A DNA stretch of 62,903 nucleotides, filler included, from Octopus bimaculoides (lineage: Eukaryota), in NCBI RefSeq assembly GCF_001194135.2. It is 7 parts of 7 records of this genome, joined end to end, with 100 filler letters (N's around TTAATTAATTAA, not from the genome) between each part and the next. Parts side by side here need not be neighbours in the genome. Positions count along the whole stretch, not along the records: positions 53,566 to 61,431 come from NC_069000.1; positions 61,532 to 62,903 come from NC_068996.1; 5 more parts are not named here. One strand, written 5' to 3'. Positions within the stretch are counted from its first letter, which is position 1, and each line of letters starts with the position of its first letter. Positions 53,782-62,903 of this stretch are shown in pieces. The position numbers and the translations under genes are program-made. The notes under the pieces were generated by a model that ran no database searches, was not told where the DNA came from, and saw only the letters and a list, made by a program, of their open reading frames with translations.

Positions 53782-53836
53782 AGCTATTGGCTAATCCAGA
53801 CGAACCAATGAGAATCGCTGAATTCGGAGACTCAGT
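53782..53836. promoter_or_regulatory. Candidate FoxF promoter: two oppositely oriented CCAAT (NF-Y-type) boxes and an Inr-like TCAGT
   Basis: ATTGG 53786-53790 (AGCCAATAG on minus), AACCAATGA with CCAAT 53805-53809, TCAGT 53832-53836. Unique sequence ~2 kb upstream of the ATG. Confidence 0.4.
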
Positions 53837-54057
53837 GTAAGGGAAGCGAAGGCAGGGAGGGCAGAAGGGAGAGAGAGAGAAAGGGTATAAGTTACAAGAT
53901 GAGAGAGGGAAGTGGGTTAAAAAAAGATTGATAGAGTAGGAGTGGGAGAACTCGACGGAGAGAGTGATAGAGAGAGAGAGAGATAGAGAGAGGGGGTGAG
54001 AAATGAGAAATTAGGAGATTCAACAGTAAGAGTAATACACACACACATACACACACA

Positions 54058-54105
<48 letters not shown>

Positions 54106-55858
54106 AGTTTTGTTTTTATTTTTATTTAGTTTTTCTTCTTGCTGCTGTTATTATTGTTTTTTGTTGTTTCTGATGCAGTTTCCAGTCTTTTGGTTCATCT
54201 TATTCAGGATCACTCGTTCCAACAGAAGCTAGAAAGTTTTTCAACTTTAAATTTACTATATAGACGCGTGTGTGTGTGTAACACACGCACACACATATAT
54301 ATATATATCATATACACAACTATATATATATATATGCGCACGCGCGCAAACGGAGCTTTATATACACACTACGAATGTCTACACACCGAAAGGATGTACC
54401 AGCGCGTTCACGAGACACTTTTCTAGGGCTACCCCGAACCCTAATCCACCCCTTTTGTCTCACCTCCTCATCCTCTTTATCTTTCTCTTCCCCTCCCTTC
54501 TATCTCTCCATCAATGCATATATACACACGGCTCACATGTTTTATACACTCTTGTTTTGATTTGACGTGAGAATTGTCTACACAGACATACAAATTTATA
54601 TACACATACGTATATATTTACAAATATACCTATATATGTATATATACATACACATATAGAAATATATATACATTAACACTACATATACACTACAAAGTAT
54701 ATAAATATTTATATATACATTTATATATATATATTTATATTTATTATACATTTACACAAGTACAAACACACACATACATATTGTGTTTTCATTTGATATA
54801 ACAAATCTGTTCATGTTCTCACTTACTGCACACACTGGTACATAAATACACATGTACATATAAACATAATCACACATATACACACATAAACATATATACA
54901 TTTATACACATATCTATATGCATATAAACATACATTACCAAAAAGAAACGATAATTTTTAAACTTGTTAACCATGAAACGTACGTGAAATATTAATTGTT
55001 TACAACCAATTAATATATATATCCGCTAATTACATCTGTATTCTTCATAATTAGTATACACATATATTTATATATACATATGTAATCATATATATTTGTT
55101 CATATACGTATATATATTTACGTAATCATATATATTTTTCATATACCCATTTATACATTCATACAACGTGTATAGTGTATTAATACACGTAGCATACAAC
55201 ATATATTTATGCAATGTATGCATTTAATACTTGTTAGTATAACATATAATTGTAAAATATTATCATATATAAATGTTTGTTGAATTTATATATATATATA
55301 TATTTTTAGTATATTTATATTTGTAGTATATCATATATTTTTGTAGAATGTTATATACATTTGTTGAATAACATGTATAATATACTATGTATTATGTATA
55401 TATATAAGGTTAGATAAAATAACCTATATTTGTAATATATAGTATATATGTATATACATAACGTTAACTTTTTCTTTCATATTGAAAATATTTTAGCTTA
55501 ACACGTTATGATAAATTGATATTAGGTATTTCCTTAATTATACAATATATATATGAGTGTATATATTGTAATTATACATATATAATATATAGATAAAGAT
55601 TGAATAATTGTTTTACACTTTACATACATTATATATATAGCTGTTATACCTCCCATAATGTATTTAGTTTAAAAAAACAAAACAACTGTTTTATTTCTGT
55701 CAACGAGAACCAGTATAGAATAACACTTACTGTATTGATGATAATAACAATAAGTTAAACATCAACAATAACATCAACAACAACAACACATCGTTAACAA
55801 CTACAGCAACAACAATCACATCAAATATTCGTCGCCATTAACCAAAGAAAAAAAAATT

Positions 55859-56978
55859 ATGGATGACAAAAGTCTGGATGACAGGACTATCAGCAATGGA
55901 ACTGCAAAACCCAGCTCGGAATTACCTCCAATTGAGACTTTGGATTCTGCAGGACTGATAGCGATGAAAATGGAACCAGTGAGTTCGGTAAATGATGAAG
56001 CAGACGACACACCAAGTACAACAACTTCGTTACCAGAATCTACATCTCCTGGTTCTAAATCTTCGAAAAAAGCCGGGGTTGGAATTCGGAGACAGGAAAA
56101 ACCCCCCTATTCTTACATTGCCCTTATTGTGATGGCAATCCAAGCGTCACCTTCCAAAAGATGTACGTTAAGTGAGATTTACCAATTTCTTCAGCAACGA
56201 TTCCCGTTCTTTCGCGGTACTTATCAAGGATGGAAGAATTCTGTGCGTCATAATTTGTCTTTGAATGAATGTTTTATAAAACTTCCTAAAGGTCTTGGAC
56301 GACCCGGTAAGGGCCATTACTGGACCATCGACCCAGCTGCCGAATTCATGTTTGAAGAAGGTTCATTTCGACGTAGGCCTCGTGGGTTCCGACGCAAATG
56401 CCAACTAAAACCTTTCGGTATGTTGAATGGTCTCGGTGCCCCGGCACCACCAATGCTGGGTCATTCCCATTATGACCTGTTACATCAGAATAACGGAATG
56501 CCACAGATGAACATGCCCTGTTCAGTAAACAGCACCATGCCGGTCACTTACGATAATGGTCAAGTAGTCAATCCAATGATGAGCGCCATGAACGCCGGAT
56601 TATACGGCGGCGGCGCCAACATGCCCAACCCCAACGGCGTCCCACAACATAACAACAATACCAGCTGCAACTTTGGGTCACGATTCGGTTCTAGCTGCGC
56701 CATGACAGTGCCACCCACAATGACACAAGACTATGGACATTTAAATAGTGCAACAAACAATGTCGCTCTAGGCTCAGGGATGTACGATCGAGATACGGCC
56801 ACATCTAACCCAACAGCTTCGTGGCAAACCCAACGATACATTAAACAACAGCCACTCAGTCCTACAGGCAGTACGGGTTCAATTCACAGCATTTCTCCAG
56901 CCAGTAGTGAACATACCCCCCACACACCTTATGGATCACTGGGAGGTAACAGTGAACCCGTAGACTTGGCGTTAGCAG
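55859..56978 (+). CDS. FoxF: Forkhead box F transcription factor, first (main) coding exon: 373 codons + 1 nt; CDS continues in an unidentified downstream exon
   Basis: Forkhead domain from 56096, [105 protein letters not shown], is near-identical to vertebrate FOXF1/2 as I recall them. YIKQQPLSP motif near the exon end. ATG 55859 is the first in-frame ATG after a TAA at 55769. The track ORF runs to 57259, but after GCAG|GTAAGT (56978/56979) it reads microsatellite-type intron. Confidence 0.95.
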
Positions 56979-56984
56979 GTAAGT
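56976..56984 (+). other. 5' splice donor of FoxF intron (phase 1)
   Basis: CAG|GTAAGT consensus donor; composition switches from codon-like to AT/TG-repeat immediately after. Confidence 0.85.
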
Positions 56985-57426
56985 CCACCTTCATAATAAC
57001 TGTTCTTTTTAATGTATATATCTATCAATGTATATATGTATATGTGTGTGTGCGTGTTTGTGTGTGTGTGTTTGTATGTATTTATGGAGATAGATTGATA
57101 GATGACACAAAATGGCACGAACGATATTGTTTATTCAAAAATTCTCCGCAAATGTTTCAATCACATTTCTACACCTTTAGTACGTTGCTGAGATTTTATG
57201 TAATCAATAATATCCGTCCAACGTGTAAAATGCGCCTGCTCAAGCGATTGTTTAAATAAGTCCTTCGTTAGATCCTACAGTCATTTTACGCAGTCTGGGA
57301 ATATATAACAATGTATATAAGCATGTTACTTTTATGAATTTGCTTTGCGAGATTTCTGATGTGAAACCGTGTAATGAAACAGATATTGCTATATTTAGAG
57401 TTGGCCATTTTTTATAAACACACGAG

Positions 57427-57643
57427 ATATTCGTTCTTCACTCATTTATTACTGTTCTTATTTTAACTCAAGTCCATTGTCCGGAAATCTTTCCTTACAG
57501 ATCTGTGACCTCTTCAGCGACACTTTCTGTCCTTGTGTATGCTCCTGCTCTGCTGAATAGGTCACAGATGTGTCACGAAAGATTTCTGGTCAATGGACAT
57601 GAGTTAATATAAGAACAGTAATAAACGAGTGAAGAACGAATAT
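57427..57643. repeat. Long inverted repeat in FoxF intron (arms 57427-57518 and 57552-57643, 33-nt spacer); each arm carries a degenerate hammerhead core (family H2)
   Basis: Manual ungapped alignment gives 83/92 identity. Minus arm: TGTCG-CTGAAGA-G-GTCACA-GATC-TGTAAG-GAAA-GATTTC-CG(G)ACA. Plus arm: CTGAATA-G-GTCACA-GATG-TGTCAC-GAAA-GATTTC. Confidence 0.9.
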
Positions 57644-59100
57644 ACAGTGCGTGTGTTTATTTGGCAAGAACAAAATGACCATCGCGAAATACAACAATAT
57701 ATAAGTATGTGTGTATATATATATATATATATACACTTGTGCGTGTGTGTGTGTGTGTGTGTGTGCGTGTGCGTGTGTGTGTGTGTGTGTGCGTGTGTGT
57801 GTGCGCGTGTGTGTATGTGTATCAGCCTTTCGGTACTGTGATTAATTATATATATCAACACCTCAAGTACAAATATCATTGCGTTGATCTGTTTCGACTG
57901 TCTACTTATCTAGTTACTTACCTAGCCATCAATCAATCCATATCAATCAGTCAAGCAATCAATCAATTAATCAATCAATCAATATCAATCAATCAATCAT
58001 TCAATCTGTCTTTCTGTCTGCCTGTCTGTCTGTATATATGTTTGTATATCTAAACTGCTTTTCCATGTACTTATTAAACTATATGTGTGTGTGTATTTAT
58101 ATATATATACACATATATAAATATATACAAACGCACACTTATGCATACATACATCATATATNNNNNNNNNNNNNNNNNNNNNNNNNNNNNNNNNNNNNNN
58201 NNNNNNNNNNNNNNNNNNNNNNNNNNNNNNNNNNNNNNNNNNNNNNNNNNNNNNNNNNNNNNNNNNNNNNNNNNNNNNNNNNNNNNNNNNNNNNNNNNNN
58301 NNNNNNNNNNNNNNNNNNNNNNNNNNNNNNNNNNNNNNNNNNNNNNNNNNNNNNNNNNNNNNNNNNNNNNNNNNNNNNNNNNNNNNNNNNNNNNNNNNNN
58401 NNNNNTATATATATATATATATATATGTATACATGTACATTAATATACAAATATTTATATATATTATGTACGCACCCACATATTTCAATGAATATACTTT
58501 TGTTAAGAAGCGAAACAGATAACTGTATATCTGTCTCCAGATCAGACAATCTGTGTAATGATGTCCCTTCTGTTTATACATCTACTCTTTAATTGATGTG
58601 TTTGCCTATTTTATACACACATAATTACACACACACACGCAAACACATACATATATATATATAAACATATATATATATGAGGGATTGTCAATTCGGGCGA
58701 AACACTTTCTAAGCTCCCTCTTGGTACACCAGGCTAACAATATTGTTTAGATTAATAAAGAACTCCACATATTCTTATGACAGGGTGCAAGATTATCACC
58801 ATTCTATTCATCACCATTCTATACCGTTCTATACCGAAAATCAATGTTCATCACCATTCTATACCGAAAATCAATGGTTCTGTTTCCAGTTATACCAGGG
58901 TTTTTTTTACACACAGTAATATACAAAACAAGGCGAAAATAATGGTCATTACACATGCGTTTTTATTGTAGTAAATTTGACTTACAGCTGTTTCCGGTAG
59001 TCATTATAGGTTCGTTATTAATAGATTTACTCAATCGATCTATTGATCGGTTGAGAGAAATTAAATGAGGAACTGAATCTGTAGTATTAACTCTCTAGAT

Positions 59101-59427
59101 CAGTGTTTCTTAACCACTTTTTACCAGTGGACCTCTTTGATTCTTAAATTACTATATAGGGTCCCCTATTCAACTTATACTGTGTAGGGGTCCCCTATAC
59201 AGTAATCTGAAGCTAAAAATGTCCTAATATATTTTTATAATTAAATATTATTAGGAATTGAATTTTAAAAATTGTTAAAATATTTTGTGTGTATTGTGGG
59301 AATATAGCCAATGTATTGCATATAAATTATAACAACAAAATCTTCTGTAGAACCCCAATGACCATGTGGAGCCCTAAGGGTCATGTGGACTTCCAAGAGC
59401 CATGTGGACCCTGCTTGAGAACCACTG
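59101..59427. mobile_element. Non-autonomous hAT (Charlie-like) MITE, 327 bp, in FoxF intron
   Basis: Termini CAGTGTTTCTTAAC / CTTGAGAACCACTG (imperfect TIR). Perfect 8-bp TSD CTCTAGAT at 59093-59100 and 59428-59435, matching the NTCTAGAN hAT-Charlie target preference. Confidence 0.9.
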
Positions 59428-59570
59428 CTCTAGATCCTTCAATTTTTTACACCAAATTGATGAACCAGTTGAGGAAACGTATCAATAACGACCCTACAAT
59501 GAAACAGCTGAAAGCCAATTTTACTACAGGAAAGGAAAATATGTAGTGACCATTATTTATGCCTTCTCTC

Positions 59571-59626
<56 letters not shown>

Positions 59627-60034
59627 CACGCCTATGTGTGCATGTATGTGTACCTCTGTGTCTGTTTACTTTTCATATAATTACGTAATCTCTAAACAGT
59701 GTCTTTCTAAGTTTCTATAACACAAAATTATTTAACTGCTTCCAGAGTACTTAGAAATATACACTCTGTATATTGTATGCATTTAAATTGTATATACTCT
59801 ATATACTTTGTATTTTACACACATTTTCCACGTTACGCAATCTGTATCCAGTGAATATACAAGATACGAACTTTACAGTATATCTATACACGTACAAACA
59901 CACACATATATACATAAATATGTGTGCGTTTGTTTGTTTGTGTAATGATAGATAGATAGATAGCTAGATATATATATATATATATATANNNNNNNNNNNN
60001 NNNNNNNNNNNNNNNNNNNNNNNNNNNNNNNNNN

Positions 60035-60149
<115 letters not shown>

Positions 60150-60314
60150 GAATTTTTAGTGATTACTAGATAGGTAACTTGCTTCTCGTAAATACTACTT
60201 ATTACCTCCACCTAACAAGTTTCTTGCCTCCTCATAAGTATTATGGTCAACCCAGCTTCATACTCGGTATCATACGTGCATACATACATACATACATACA
60301 TACATACATACATT

Positions 60315-60362
<48 letters not shown>

Positions 60363-60485
60363 CATATATATTTATATATATATATACATCTATATACATA
60401 TATATATATATATATATACACATATATAGATACATATATATGTATAAATCTATTTATTTATATCTGTCTATCTTTCTATATATAA

Positions 60486-60530
<45 letters not shown>

Positions 60531-60865
60531 CTTCCTGAGCATCAAACTAATACACCTGTTTGTTGTTTATGCACCTGTCTTCGTCTTTTGTATTTCTGTA
60601 AATTTCAACTATATATATATATATATGCACACATACTCTAGTAGAATCAGAAAGAAGATGTACCATCACGTGCAGGAGAGGATTCAAAGAATATCCTTGA
60701 TATTGACGAGACCAATCTACCCGGGGGGAACTTATAAACTGTTTGAGTCTATATTGCGAGAATGTTACCGAAAATGACAAGTTGCTAGGAAGATTATAGG
60801 GTATAGAACTCAAAACGTTTTGTAACGACTTGGATGAATACATCAGTCTCAAATACATCATACCA

Positions 60866-60935
<70 letters not shown>

Positions 60936-61431
60936 GGCTTAGACATTGCTATACTAATAACCTGATATAGAACTCAATATATATACTTCAGAACGAAGCG
61001 GTAGTTGAGTACAGAGCGGTAATAAAAGAATGAGATGACAAAGGAAGAACCAATCCTCTTATGAACTTCATTGGCTTACAGCTGTTTCCACTTTAAGACG
61101 CAGTGGACACGTAGTCGACTACCTGAGTATCATCTTAAAGATTCATCGGAACCTCAAACAAGGAGTGTAATTTATTTGGGAGGACATTTCTATTCATGTA
61201 TATAGACAGAGATGCATTATCAAAGGGCACAAATGCAGGTATGGGGCGGAAGAAAACCAGAAGCTCTTCCCGTAATCAAAATTAGATTAATTTTAAAGTG
61301 TGTATAAGGATAGGTATATTAAGATGTAGAGCAATAGTGACTACAACTAACGACTTCTTCATGATAAAATTATTTTTGCATTCTCTACCTTATCTTATTT
61401 TCCTTACATTCCTTATATATGTACACACATA

Positions 61432-61531
61432 NNNNNNNNNNNNNNNNNNNNNNNNNNNNNNNNNNNNNNNNNNNNTTAATTAATTAANNNNNNNNNNNNN
61501 NNNNNNNNNNNNNNNNNNNNNNNNNNNNNNN
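61432..61531. other. Assembly linker (artefact)
   Basis: Same block. Confidence 0.95.
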
Positions 61532-61550
61532 ATTATTATTATTATTATTA

Positions 61551-61997
61551 AAGGCGGTGAAAGGCGGTGAGCTGGCAGAATCGTTAGTACGCCGGGCGAA
61601 ATACTTAGCGGTATTTCGTCTGCTGTTACGTTCTGAGTTCAAATTCCGCCGAGGTCGACTTTGCCTTTCATCCTTTCGGGGTATAAATTTAATACCAGTT
61701 ACGCATTGGGGTCGATGTAATTGACTTAATCCCTTTGTCTGTCTTTGTTTGTCCCCTCTATGTTTAGCCCCCTGTGGGCAATAAAGAAATAAGAAGCGTT
61801 AGTGCGCTGGACGAAATGCTTAGCGGTATTTCGTCTGTCTTTACATTCAAAGTTCAAATTCTGCCGAGGTTGTCTTTGTCTTTCATCCTTTTGGGGGTCG
61901 AAAAAAATAAGTACCACTTAAATACTATGATTGATGTAATCGACACGTCCCCTCCTCCAAAATTGTTGCCCTTGTGGTAAAATTTGAAACCATTATT
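61551..61997 (+). mobile_element. tRNA-derived SINE family A, dimer (tail-2 monomer + head-truncated tail-1 monomer)
   Basis: Pol III A-box-like TGGCAGAATCG 61573-61583, B-box-like GTTCAAATTCC 61637-61647, central GAGGTCGACTTTGCCTTTCATCCTTTCGGGG domain. AAGGCGGTGA duplicated at the 5' end; preceded by (ATT)n. Confidence 0.9.
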
Positions 61998-62210
61998 AAG
62001 GTGGAGAGCTAACGAAATCGTTAGCACGCTGGACAAAATTGCTTAGCGGTGTTTCTTCAAGTTTCGTCCCGTGATCAAATTCCGCCGAGATCTGCATTTC
62101 ATTTTTTAGGTCTTCGATAGACTAAGTACCAGCTGAGCACTGAGGTCGATTATATCGGCTTACCCTCTCCCATGAAATTACTGGCCTTGTGCTAAAATTT
62201 GTAACTATCA
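61998..62210 (+). mobile_element. SINE family A monomer, more diverged, head-to-tail with the preceding dimer
   Basis: Degenerate head (AAGGTGGAGAGCTAACGAAATCGTTAG), central domain and GGCCTTGTGCTAAAATTTG tail. Confidence 0.8.
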
Positions 62211-62903
62211 CTATCATCATTTTCATCATCATTGTTAGTTGTATTATTAGTGTTAAAATATGAATGAGATATTTTGAGAAACCATCTCCGCAAGAAAACG
62301 AAGACCGGCTGGTGCTCCAGCTATATCACCTTTTCGAGGCATTTTTCTTAATTGTTATTATTATTTTAATATTATTTTGTCATTTAGCTGATGAGTTGTT
62401 CTATTTTCGAAAAGAATATAATGACAAAACAATAGTCGAATTATCTTATCTTTCTGTATTGATTATTTATTTTTTTTGTAGCATTGGATCTGTACAATTA
62501 TACATACATTTGTATATGTATGTATGTATGTATGTATGTGTGTGTACATGTATGTATGTATGTGAGTATGTAAGCATGTATGCATATATGTATGTATGTA
62601 TTATATGAGTATGTATGTATGTATGCATATATGTATGTGTGTGTGTACATGCATGTATGTATGTATGTATGTATGTATGCATGCATGCATGCATGTATGT
62701 ATGTATGGACAGACATATGTGCGTGTGTTTGTGTGATAATATACATACATATGTACATAATTAGATATACATACATTTGTACAAACGTACAAGCATTTAT
62801 GCGCTTATATACTTGCATACATGCATACATCATACACACATACAAACATGCATATATACACATCCATGTATGCATACATATCTCTATTCATACACACATA
62901 CAA

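Noticed and set aside
56979-57259. C-terminal 93 aa of the 466-aa ORF
   Set aside because: Read-through past a consensus donor into TG/TA-repeat intron ([10 protein letters not shown]); not FoxF-like.
58795-58877. Nested short tandem duplications (CATCACCATTCTATACCGAAAATCAATG); similar 28-bp pair at 8544-8599 and ~30-bp degenerate units at 17740-17830
   Set aside because: Two to three units only; ordinary slippage, no spacer structure.
61561-61650. Pol III A/B boxes as tRNA genes
   Set aside because: No cloverleaf, and they continue into SINE bodies; no true tRNA or rRNA gene found.

Overview
Eukaryotic, very AT-rich, microsatellite- and transposon-dense scaffold with many N gaps. The repeat families and microsatellite load suggest a coleoid cephalopod, probably Octopus; this is inferred from recalled repeat families, not searched. 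There is one recognisable host gene: FoxF (+ strand). Its large first coding exon is 55859-56978, ending at a phase-1 GTAAGT donor; the terminal exon was not found in the window. About 55 kb upstream has no recognisable gene and is filled with tRNA-derived SINEs, decayed CR1/L2, R4/Dong-like and Penelope-like retroelement fragments, a decayed Tc1/mariner, Helitron-like pieces and simple repeats. Almost all ORFs in the supplied track are microsatellite or N artefacts. Six N44-TTAATTAATTAA-N44 blocks are assembly linkers. I found no new multi-gene system. The most notable signal is a set of minimal type I hammerhead-ribozyme motifs in two families. One is a ~139 bp cassette with a near-intact hammerhead and a 12-bp target-site duplication inside a SINE tail (33221-33383). 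The other has two copies forming a 92-bp, 90%-identical inverted repeat in the FoxF intron (57427-57643) and a third copy at ~13890. Penelope-associated minimal hammerheads are a known class; these copies and this intronic arrangement may be undescribed. Most repeat boundaries are approximate, and all calls were made by eye.
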